Positions 53,306-64,000 of a stretch of DNA of 64,000 nt are shown piece after piece (position 1 is the stretch's first letter; the number at the start of each line of letters is the position of its first letter). The DNA is from Camelus dromedarius (Eukaryota). Location of the stretch: contig NC_087437.1 of assembly GCF_036321535.1 (NCBI RefSeq), positions 72,480,001 through 72,544,000 of the forward strand. Direction: 5' to 3'. The position numbers were made by a program, and so were the translations under genes. The notes beneath the pieces were generated by a model that was given only the letters and a program-made list of their open reading frames with translations, was not told the origin of the DNA and made no database searches.

Positions 53306-55400
53306 GACTTGTATTCAACATATACAAAAAATAGCAAAACAAACAACTTAATTTAAAAGTAGGCAAAAAATTCTGAACAGACACCTCATCAAAGAAAATA
53401 TACAAATAGCGAATAAGCACATGAAAAAATACACAAAATCTCTTGTCATCTGGAAATTTCAAATTAAAACAATAATGAGATTTTACTACATACCTATTAA
53501 AATGGTTAAAAAAATTATAATACCAAATGTTGGTGAGGATATGGCCAAAAACAGAAATTCTCATTATTGCTGATAAAAATGTAAAATGGTATAGCTTTGC
53601 ATGACAGTTTGGCAGTTTCTTACAAAATTAAACATACACTTAATGTATGATCCAGCAATTGTGTTCTTAGGTATTTACGCAACTTATTTTAAAACTTAGA
53701 TCCACACAAAAATCTGCATAGATGTGTTTATAGCAGCCTTATTCATAATCACCAAAAATGAAGGCAGCCAAGATACTTTCAATAGGTGAATGAGTAAATG
53801 ATCTACATTTATATAATAGAATATTTCTCACCTATAAAAAGAAATGAGCTACCAAACCACAAAAAGACATGGATAAACTTTAAATGCATATTACTAAGTG
53901 AAAGTGGTCAGTCTAGAAAGGTTATATACTGAATGAGTCTATGTCATTCTGTAAAAGATAAAACCACAGAGACAGTAAAAATACCAGTGGTGGCCAGGGA
54001 TTCAGAGGTTGGGGGAAGGTTGAATGGGTGAGGCACAGGGGAGTTTTAGGGCAATGAAACTATTCTGTGTGAAGCCAGAGTGGTTGATAAGTGACATTAT
54101 GCATTTGTCAAGATGAATTGAGCATTACAGCAGGTAAAGTGATCTTTAATGTATACAACTAAAAAAAAAACAATCATTTAGGAGACTGAGGATGCCAAGT
54201 AATAAAGACTGTAACCTGAAAATCTAAGTTTATTGCACATGTAACCTATATAGACATCAGAGTTGATAGGGTATACCCTGACTCACAGGGTATTGTGAAT
54301 ATCAAAAAAGAACATGTAGATGTAATGTCAGTTATATGGGTTATATAGTCCCTACCCTCAAGGAAAGATCCAATAATACATAAGGAAGTAAAAAAATAGC
54401 AATATAGAAGAGTTAACAAGCTATCACTATCTCCATAACAATTTCTATAATTGTGCTTACCACACAGTTTCATCATTACTTTTTCACATGCTTGTCTCCC
54501 TTACTAGATTCTGAGTTACTTGATGACACTACCAATCTTTCCCATTTTTGCATTTTATTTTATTTTTTTAAACATTTTTTATTGACCCATTTTTGCATTT
54601 TAGATGCAGAAGTAAATTAAGGAGAAGTAACATAATGGTTTCCTCTACCTCTCACACTTTTTGTCCTCAGCATATATCATCCCACATTCAAATTTTGATT
54701 GAACCGTCTAACTAAACTCAGATGATACTTCCCCCAGTAAAAAAAAAATTCTTAACTAGAAGCTACTATGAGTTTTTTTTCTCTATTGAATTTCTATAGA
54801 ACATTAGTTATTGCCTTGACCATGAACCAAACTGGTTTTAGATGGATCTGAGTTAAATATATTAGATGGATTTGAGTTAAATTATTTTAAATGACTAGAA
54901 AATAACAAGACTTGAAATATTTACTAAATTTTTAACGTGTTTCAGGTGTACCTCAGTTTGTCATGATAAGTAAGCCCACAAAAAAAATCCCAACAGATTT
55001 GACAGCATAAAAATGAAAAATTTTTTGACCAAGAAAAGCCTCAAAACAAATAAAACCTAAAAGGCAAATGGGCTGCAAAGAATACTGCAAAACAAACTAA
55101 CTTGCAAAGAGCTCATTTGCCTCCAGCAGGTTTCTGGCTCTCTAGTTTATGAGACTTGGGCTCACTTCAGAAGCAGGACTCATTACATTTCTTTCATTCT
55201 CTGTTTACAAAGTCACTATTTCAAATATGCTCAACTTCAACTGTTTGCTAATTGCCAACAACTCAGATACGTACGTGATTAACATGCAGACCCAAACATA
55301 ATCCTCTATCTAACCTTATAGAAGTAAAAAGACTACAGTCTGGTATTTATTTGCCATTGATTTCCAGCCAATGCACTTGAGAGAAAAAATTAAAAGTTAC

Positions 55401-55494
55401 CTGATCCTCTTACCCAGAGGGAAAGCATAAGGAGCTGGATAGCAGGATGGAGTGGGAAGCCCATGAAATTCGTTGATAAATTCTTCACTAGCAT
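55401..55494 (-). CDS. CD200-like gene, leader exon (MLVKNLSTNFMGFPLHPAIQLLMLSLWVRGS)
   Basis: In-frame ATGs at 55494 and 55464, a hydrophobic core, a V-R-G-S cleavage-like end, and a phase-1 donor CAG|gtaact that fits the IgV exon (G+AT=Asp). Confidence 0.75.
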
Positions 55495-55679
55495 TGGGAG
55501 TTTCTCACTTTCTACCTGAAACTCTGGAACTCAGATGGAACTGTTGGGGTTTTCCTCCCAAACCTGTTACTCAATAACCATTACTCTGGTAATCTGTTAA
55601 AACTTGATTTTTATTTTTGGACTTCCTTGCTTGCCTAATCCCTGGTTATACCACACCCAAGGAACTATACTCAATTTCC

Positions 55680-55822
55680 TGTAATGAGCTGTAATAGAAA
55701 AGAAACTGGAAAAAAAAATATATGCATGTATATGTATAACTGAATTGCTTTGCTGTACACCTGAAACTAACATTATAAATTGACTATACTTTAATAAAAA
55801 ATAAGAATAAAAGAAAAAAGAA
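55680..55822 (+). mobile_element. Short LINE-1 3' end fragment
   Basis: tgctgtacacctgaaactaacattataaattgactatactttaataaaaa. Confidence 0.75.
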
Positions 55823-57319
55823 TCTTAGGTTTATGCCTAAAATCATAAACATATCTGCCCATTGTTCTGTAACTGTCCTGTGATTCATACACAGGGTTTG
55901 AAAACTTACCTGCTAACTTGTAAGAAAATTTAATTAGATCTCCTATTGAGAGTGTTACTAATGAGTCTTTGAAGTCCTGCTATTTATGTACATAATGTAC
56001 ATTAAACTAGTATATCCACAATGAGATCTAGTGAAGACTGCTCTCTGCAGAGGTATGCTAAGTTTCTAAAAATCATTCCCCTTGGCATCTACATCTCTAC
56101 AACCCATCTCCTCAAACAGCTGGAATGGGAAAATCAAACACAGACACAGGTCCCTTTCATCTTCCTATAAACTCCCCTCTCCACATACAATTTTAAATAC
56201 AGGGAAAGCACTCCTTTCCTGGTGCTCTTGGTTTCTATTTTTCTCCTTTAAACGCCAACCCAGCCACCTGCTTATTGGCACTTTATGCACATGAACTCAT
56301 ACCAGCTTCCCCAGAATGTCTTCCTCCTGCTGGAATCCTGGAAAAGAAGTGCTTTTACTACCAGATCATAGCATACTTTAACATGAACAATTCTTTTGAA
56401 AGTGAAGTTTTTTATTTCTTCTTGCATCCTGGTATTGCTGGTTTAATGATTAATGTCTTCTGGACTACATATCTTGCCTTACAACTTAGGGGTAGTGATC
56501 TTTATCTAGAATGTCCTAGAATTACACTTTATTAGCCAAACAGACCAGGGATGGGGAATGAAACCAGAGCTAGGGCTGGGGCTTGGGCTTGGGCAAATAC
56601 TGTTCTCAGAGGAGTACTGTTGGGCTTAGCTTCTCTAAAGTGAGATCATTAACCAGCCTCCAGTTAGTACACATACAGCCACACTTCACCCCCAACACGA
56701 ACAAACACACGCGCACTGTGTGTACACACAGAACACATTTTGGCAATAAGCCTTCTCTTTTCTTTTTGTCACTATAAAAATTACCTTTCCCTCTCATAAC
56801 TTCTCCCTCAGCTCCTGTCTCAGGAAATCAAAAGCCTCTATTGGCACGGACTGTCACTACCCGCCACTCCCCCACCTCATATATCAATATTCATCTCTTT
56901 CCTATGACTCTAGGTGTTGGAGGTCTTTTTTCCTCTGACTTCCCTTAAGATAAACCTTCCCGGTATCTAAATTCTAGCTTCTAAACCCACTACCCACCTG
57001 AGAGCTGTTGCCTTGGTTAATGAAGCAAGAAAACTCAGTTTTTAAGGGAAAATGAAACTGACACTACAAATATATTACCTCTGGTTCGGGGTCATCTCTG
57101 AAAAAGACAGAAGACTCATCGTGAATAAAAGGTATTAGGATTAGATGCCCAGCAGTCTCTGACTCAGTGAGAAACACTGCTGCTATGTTAGGGGACAGGA
57201 AGTTATATTGAGGGGAAAATCCATCCCCTGATCCTTTTCCTGTGAGTAATAAAGATGTGAACTCAAGCATTATAACTTTAAAGAATGACTGGGATCCCAG
57301 CAAAGTACTCTAAAGGAAA

Positions 57320-60300
57320 CCATGTCTAAAGAATTAAAAGAAAGTATAAGAATGATGTATCACTAATATAAAATATCAGTTAAGAGATAACAATTATAAA
57401 AAAAAGAGTGGATAGAAATTCTGAATTATAGAAGTGTAATAACTAATGAAAAATTCACTAGAGGGGCTCAATAACTGGTTCAAGGAGGCAGAAAATAGAA
57501 ACAATGAACTTGAAGATAGATCAGTTGAGGTTGGCTCTTCTGAGGAACAGAAAAAAGAAGACTGAAGAAGAATGAACAGAACCTCAGAGACCTGTGGAAC
57601 ACTATCAGAGCACCATCATATTCATAATGAACGTCCCAGAAGGAGAGGGGATACAGAGAGGGGACAGAAAGAATATTTCTTTAAAAATGACTGAAAACTT
57701 TCCAAATCTGATGAGAAACATTAGCCTCCATATCTAATAAGAAAATCAGCAAACTCTATGTAGAATAAACACAAAAAGATCCACACAAAGACACATAATA
57801 ATCAAACATAATCAAAGACAAAGAGAATCTTAAAAGTAGCAAAAGACAGGAACTCTTATATACAAAAGATTTTCAATGACATTAACAACTAATTTTTATC
57901 ACAAACCACAGAGGTGAGAGACAAACTAAAATTGCCAAGAGGAATGGCCATGATGGAAGGGTATGAAGACCCTGAGCTTGCCTTCTCCCACAGGCACACC
58001 AAAATTACATCTACTCATAGAGAAACTATTGATGAGAAAAAAATCAGAAGACTAGTAGAAGCTAAAGGTATAAACAAAGAACCACCATGAGACAGGTAGA
58101 GGGGTGGAGAGGTGATATAGTCAAGACCCATATCCACAGGTGGGCAACCCACAAATGGAAGGATAATTACAATTGCAGCACTCCCAAAGGAGCAAGGGGT
58201 TCAAGACCCAAACTGGGCTCCCCAGCCTGGGGGTTCTGCAGCAGGAAGACAATTTCATAAGAATATTTGGCTTTGAAGGACAGTGGAGCTTGCTTTCAGG
58301 AGAGGCAGAGGGCAATAGGAGCTAGAGATTCCACCCCTACAGGGCGCACACAGAACCAGAACAGAAGCAGTAATTTGAAAGGATCCTGGGTCATACCCAA
58401 CTGCTGATCTTGGAGAGCCTTTTGGAGAGGCAGAAGGCAGCTGGGACTTGCCCCAGGGACATAGACAGTGGTAGCAGCCACTTTGTGGAGCTCATTCTGC
58501 CACATGGATATTGATGCTGGCAAGCACCATTTTGGAATCCTGCCTCTAGCTTACTAGTGCCAGGACCTTGTGCCACACATCAGCCTATAGGCCCCAGTAC
58601 TGGGACACCTTAGGCGAAGCAACTAGCTGGGCAGAAACAGAACCCCACCCACCAGTAGGCCTGCTGCACCCCTGAGCCCACAGCTGCCCCAGGACCAGTC
58701 CTGTCCACCAGAGGACCCTAGACCCAGGCCTGCACACCAGCACACTGGCACTAGCCCCAGGACTCTAGGACTCTGTAGCCAGAGACAATGGGACCCAGTT
58801 CCACTCATCAGTTAGCCAACAGTAGCCCCGGGACCAGCCTCATTCACCAATGGGTAGACACCAGCCCCAGGACTACTGCAGACCCTCAGCCAGACACCCA
58901 AGGATCTGGATTCACCCACCAGCAAGCCAACACCAGCTTGGAACACACAAAGACCCTTCAGCCAGCCATGTCAGCCTTCTCACCAGTGGACCTACTCCAG
59001 CTCTTAGCCCTTCAGGGCCCTACAGATTGAGGCTCAGAAACCTGATTCCACCCACCAGAGAGCCAGCTCTACTAGCCTTGGGACCCCCCCCCCCAAACCC
59101 CAGGCCCAAGTCCTGCCCAATGGAAGGTAAACATCAGATCCAAGACAACTTGGACACCTCAGCCAGCTGCCATAGGATATACCTCACTCACCAGCTGGTC
59201 AACACCAAATTCAGGACACCCTGAACACAACAGCCAGCCACACCAAGAACCAATCCTACCCACCAGCAATCCAACATTAGATCTGGGACTGCCAGCACCA
59301 CATTCACCCACTCCAGAACCCAACTCTGCCCAGCAGTAGACCAGCACTACACTGGGACCTCCTGGGGCAATGCAGCCAGCGGCCTTGTGACCCAACCCTG
59401 CCCTCCAGTGGCCAGGAGCCTCCACAAAAGGCAAGGCATGGCAAGTAACCAAACCAGGGATCAGCTACACCTACCAGTCCACCCGCAGTAGTCAGCCCAC
59501 TACAGCAGAAGGCCCCACATAGCCCAAATAGGGAGCAGAAACGGCAGCCAGAAGGAAGTGGCATGATATATTTAAAGTGGTGAATGGGGAAAACCTACAA
59601 CCAAGAATACTCTACCTGGCAAGTATTTCATTCAGATTTGATGAAGTGATTGAAAGTTCCATAGACAAGCAAAAGCTTGTTCAGCACCAGTAAACCACTA
59701 AACCAGTTTTATTAGAAATGTTAAATGGACTTTTCTAGGTAAACAAGAAAAAGCCACAACTAGAAATATAAAAACTTACAAGTCAACTACAAAATTAAAA
59801 GTCTCATTGGTAAAGGCAAATATAAAGTAAAGGCAGTAAATCAACAATGTATAAAGGTACAAGTAAGGTTAAAAGACAAAGGTAATAAAATCATCTATAT
59901 CCACAACATGTAGTTAAAGGATACACAAAACATAAAGATATAAAATATGATGTCAAAGTCAGCAAGCATGGTGAGGGGGAATGCAGAGTTGTTAAAATGC
60001 ATTTGAACTTAAGAAATAAGCAACTTAAAATAACCACTTATACATATATAGGTTGGTATATATAAACCTCACAGTAACCACAAAACAAAGATTATAATAG
60101 ATACACACACAAAAGAAAGGAACCCTACTTCAGGATGACACCTACACCCCAATGTTTATAGCAGCATTGCTTACAATAGCTGAGAAATGGAAACAGCCTA
60201 AATGTCCATCAACAGGTGACTGGATAAAGAAGATGTGGTATATTTATACAATGGAATACTCCTCAGCCATAAAAACCAACAACATAACGCCATTTGCAGC

Positions 60301-60850
60301 AACATGGATGTTTCTGGAGAATGTCATTCTGAGTGAAGTAAGCCAGAAGGAGAAAGAAAAATACCATATGAGATCGCTCATATGTGGAATCTAAAAACAA
60401 ACAAACAAACAAAGCATAAATACAGAACAGAAATAGACTCATAGACATAGAATACAGACTTGTGGTTGCCAAGGGGGTGGGGAGTGGGAAGAGATAGACT
60501 GGGATTTCAAAACTGTAGAATAGATAAACAAGATTATACTGTATAGGACAGGGAAATATATACAAGATTTTATGGTAGCTCACAGAGAAAGGAATGTGAC
60601 AATGAATATATATATGTTCATGTATAATTGAAAAATTTTGCTCTACACTGGAATTTGACACAACATTGTAAAATGATTATAAATCAATAAAAAAATGTAA
60701 AAAAAAATAAAAAATAAAAGAAAGGAATCCAAACAAGATACTAAAGATGGTCATCAAAGCACAAGGAAAGAGCAAAACAAAAAGAAAGGAACAAAAGAGA
60801 ACTACAAAACAACCCCAAAACAATGAACAAAATGGCAATAAGTACACACC
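57320..60850 (+). mobile_element. LINE-1 cluster (ORF1 remnants and GC-rich 5'UTR) between the CD200-like gene and SLC9C1
   Basis: ORF1-like text at 57320-57915 and 59550-59760. The 5'UTR text is the reverse-complement counterpart of 33300-33870. Confidence 0.8.
60126..60715 (+). mobile_element. Young LINE-1 3' fragment with a 15-bp target-site duplication
   Basis: Open ORF2 C-terminus ([20 protein letters not shown]...), A-rich tail, and aaaagaaaggaa(c/t)cc at 60111-60125 and 60716-60730. Confidence 0.92.
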
Positions 60851-61049
60851 TCTGTCTTTCCTAACCTGCATCCTCATATTTCAAAATTTCTACCATTCTA
60901 TTTTATCTAGGGAATTCACTGCAACTGGAGTTCTGGAAAAACAGTGTCCGTTGGCTCTTTGCCAGAAATTCACTGTTCCTAAGGTTTAAATTAATATAGT
61001 AATACAATTGCTGGAATTAACTTTTTTAAATACACGGTCTTAAGACTTC

Positions 61050-61293
61050 AAAAGTTGCCATAGGGGTACAGGGGCAATGATGCTGTGTAGTGCCTTCTAG
61101 GACTGATTTCGTCGTCAGCCAGTCAAGTCAGGGGTTGTGAACCTGAAACCAATGGGTGCAGGCCGGGGGCGGGGCTTAGAGGAACTAACTGTCAGTGAGG
61201 CTGCAGTTGGTTGTGGCAGTTCCGGGTGAACGTATTAGCTAGCCTCCACTTGTCACTTACATACCATATGATGCTCCTCCTGAGGCGCTGATG
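61050..61293 (+). promoter_or_regulatory. SLC9C1: Probable SLC9C1 promoter and non-coding exon 1
   Basis: CCAAT at 61149-61153, GC box GGGGCGGGGC at 61166-61175, local CpG enrichment, and donor ATG|gtgagt after 61293. Confidence 0.6.
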
Positions 61294-63034
61294 GTGAGTC
61301 CTCCCCTGGCTTCCCCTTCAGGAAGTTGCCCTTCCCCTCTGGTACTTTCTCCCTCAGCCTCTCCTCAGAAAGAAGGAAATGCTCCTACAGTGTTCCAGCT
61401 ACAGATTCAGCCAGACATTCCCTCTTATAGTTTCCACCTTTCCTAAGGCAGCGGACTTTCGCGAAGATCAACCAGTCACTCAGTTTGAATTTCTGCCCCC
61501 AGCCCTCCGTCATTACACTTCCGGTATCAACTTTCCAGACTGCTCACCTGCCTTGTGTTTGTTCCTTTTGCCTTAGGCAGTACTGGAAGCACACTGATGC
61601 CGTGGTGCATCTCCTCAGGTGTCTGGAGCGGAGCCCGAGGGAGGAAGGGCTCGTTCTGAGTGAAGGTCATTGGGAGGACAACAGACCGCCCATCTTCAGG
61701 GTCTGTGAGTCAGACGGCCGCTGCGTCGTGTGCTGGGAGAGTTTTCTGAGCAGACAATCCAACTCCAGTTCTCTGTCATAAACCATTAATAGCTTTGCAA
61801 CTTGTGATAGTTACTGAGAGCCCACAGTACCCCTTCAGGATAATTTTGTCGCACAGTTCCTACAAAATGTAGTGATTAAAGGGAAGAAAGACTTCCCACT
61901 TTCAGGGACAAGGTGAATCCATTTCCCCTCCAAGAGAAAGAGAATTTCTCAGGGCTGACTGACATTGAGGACAAATCCACACGCCATTTTTGAGAGGACA
62001 ATCATTAACTCCACATAGAAAGAGAATTGAGGCATTATCTAATTTACTTATAAATTAATGTCAGAAATCTATGTAGCAATTTTAAGACAAACCAGTATTT
62101 TTTTTTTCTTTAATGAGACATGGACTCAAAAAGTTATCCACAACTGTTAAAAGTCAATTTAAGCTGGAAAAGAGTTTTAATAACATTGAAATTCTGTTTA
62201 TTCTAAACCACTACTTCTTTACCCAACTCTTTTAAAGTATCAAAATAGAGTAATATTAGCATTTATATGCTAGCTTAACATTTCTTGGGGGAAAAGGTTT
62301 GTTAGGAAACTCTGGAGTAGAGACTAAAGAAGCCAATCTGAGTATTTGTCACATATTCACAGTCAGGCAGTGAGATTCTGTTGAACTTGGTTGCTATAAA
62401 AATATATAAAAGTTGGAAAAAACCTGGCCCATCAAGGTCTCAAATGAGATAAAAGAAAGTTATGACTGAATATCATTATGGTCTATTAATTTCTGTCTGG
62501 ATAGAACAACATAAGAGATCAGAATATTCTCCACCCCATCACCCAAACCCCCACCGCTTCTGACTTTGAAGTAGCTGCCAGAACATGCTTCCCGAGGCTC
62601 AGATAGGCTGAGGGCAAATCCCTCAGTTGTCTATCCCTAGAGCTAAGTAACCTGTTTCAGCTTGTGGTCCCGGTGACTGGTTACATGAAAAATCCTCTTT
62701 TCAGTTGGATAGATACAGAGTGAATAATAGCTGAGTAGTGCTTGGTATCATTAAGAACATGGGATGACGCTGACTAGCCTCTGTCCCTTGGGGTTGTACC
62801 TTTTCTATCTCATTTAAATCAAAAGCATCGTAGAAGAGGAAAGTATCCCTAATTTTCGCAGACTCTAAGAAATCACTAGAAATAATTAAGGAGAAATATG
62901 AGCTTTTTATTTGTCTTTCGAAGGAAAGCTTTAGAAGGCCATCAAGAAGGCAAATCCTACGTTCCTTTGGTCCTAGGTGAGTTTTGCCGAGAGTCCTAAG
63001 AGTTGGATTCAGAAAGCCTGTGACAAACAACAGG

Positions 63035-63179
63035 ATGAATTCCAGCGGTTCTGATTTGGATTTTCTTGACAAAAGATTTACTAGTGGATGGCTGAAATTT
63101 TTCAGGACTGTATTCATGAAAAGTTCTGAGGATCTTCCTGAAATCATTCTAATATTGTCTTTGATCTGTACAGTTGGAG
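63035..63179 (+). CDS. SLC9C1: SLC9C1 (sperm Na+/H+ exchanger) first coding exon, MNSSGSDLDF...WLKFFRTVFMKSSEDLPEIILILSLICTVG; gene continues beyond the window
   Basis: DLPEIILILSLICTVG matches the recalled mouse and human SLC9C1 N-terminal segment. Donor GAG|gtaagt after 63179, candidate acceptor cctag| at 62976. Known head-to-head synteny with CD200. Start codon inferred. Confidence 0.85.
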
Positions 63180-64000
63180 GTAAGTATAATCCTTTTTATT
63201 TTAGTTTATTCTATGGACATATTTTGTAAATGTCATTGTAAAGAATTAAGGAAAGTAGCAAGAGTAGGAAATTAGATTTTTGTTTTTAAATTCATACCTC
63301 TATCCTCAGATTTTTAATCAAATGAATCCAACAGTAATCTGCCCCGAGAAGAGACATGTAGGATCTAATCCATATTCTTCACTTCTATTGAGTTCAAAGT
63401 ATTCATACCTTTTTACCAGCTAGGTCATGGTTAGATTTAAGTGATGTGGAGAACTGAAGCACATAGGCAGAAAATCAAGGGTTTAGGGATTTTATTGTTA
63501 CCTGCATTATCATAAACTATTGTTTCATTCATATTTTAAAGTTAGCTGTCCCACAGCTTTCTTCCCCTGGACAAAGAATTTTCAAAGTGATAGATCTTCT
63601 GAATGATTCAGTTACTTTTTAACCACGTGATAGGATGTCCCTTAGGTTTTGTCCAAGTGCTAAATTATACTCAGCTTTTATGAGAAGAAAAGAACACTGT
63701 AGAAATCAAGAGAGAGCACCTTTTCTGCATTCTTTGACCTGATTAGGAAATGTATTACCAAGATAATCAGAAAACATTAAACTGAAGGAAACACTGTAAT
63801 ATTGCTATTGCACTTTGAAAACAAGTAATGAAAGAAGTTAAGCAAAGTTAAATATTCATTTTGGGCTTTAATAGGTAGTAGGTAACTAGTAATAGGTAGC
63901 CATTTTTTTTTCATTGTTAAATTATTTTACTAATTCCTCATTGTTATCTTGGGAATCAGCCAGAATATTTCATTTAAGTTATTTATTATTAACCCCTTAT

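Larger units (their letters stand above)
50420..54250 (+). mobile_element. Old LINE-1 (L1M-type) carrying several nested insertions, in intron 1 of the CD200-like gene
   Basis: ORF2 and 3'UTR text from about 51680 to 54250. An LTR-like fragment at about 51440-51678 and two MaLR LTRs are nested in it. Confidence 0.75.

Noticed and set aside
58121..59564. Cluster of GC-rich ORFs suggesting a gene or CpG promoter
   Set aside because: The region is L1 5'UTR sequence, homologous to 31100-31850 and 32800-33870, and is CpG-depleted.
61291..63054. Spliced upstream ORF overlapping the SLC9C1 start (ATG at the end of exon 1 joined to 62977)
   Set aside because: Depends on two unverified splice sites, so it cannot be supported without cDNA.
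62701..63147. 148-aa minus-strand ORF
   Set aside because: Antisense to the SLC9C1 exon, starts at a single ATG with no supporting gene structure, and has no recognisable domain.
1..64000. CRISPR arrays, rRNA genes, operons or other prokaryotic systems
   Set aside because: The sequence is mammalian with spliceosomal introns and retroposons. No spaced repeat array or rRNA-like sequence was seen.

Overview
Mammalian genomic DNA, most likely camelid (inferred from Vic-1-type tRNA-derived SINEs), covering the CD200-SLC9C1 region. The minus strand carries a complete six-exon CD200 gene (ATG 23816 to TAG 9159) with a CpG-island promoter. The expected AG acceptor of its IgV exon reads GG, and an in-frame AG 6 nt downstream could substitute. 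Upstream on the same strand is a second, divergent CD200-like gene. Its leader (55401-55494), IgV (49823-50161), Ig domain 2 (48802-49101) and transmembrane (40151-40250) exons splice with GT-AG boundaries into one open frame of 277 codons or more. Its position and architecture suggest a relative of mouse Cd200l1/Cd200l2 (iSEC1/iSEC2), and its second Ig domain lacks the canonical Cys-Trp-Cys core. The plus strand at the right end holds the probable promoter and first coding exon of SLC9C1, head-to-head with the CD200 pair. The rest is mostly LINE-1, L2, MIR, MaLR/ERV LTRs, SINEs and microsatellites. Repeat boundaries and family names were read by eye and are approximate. Cross-species comparisons are from memory and need database confirmation.
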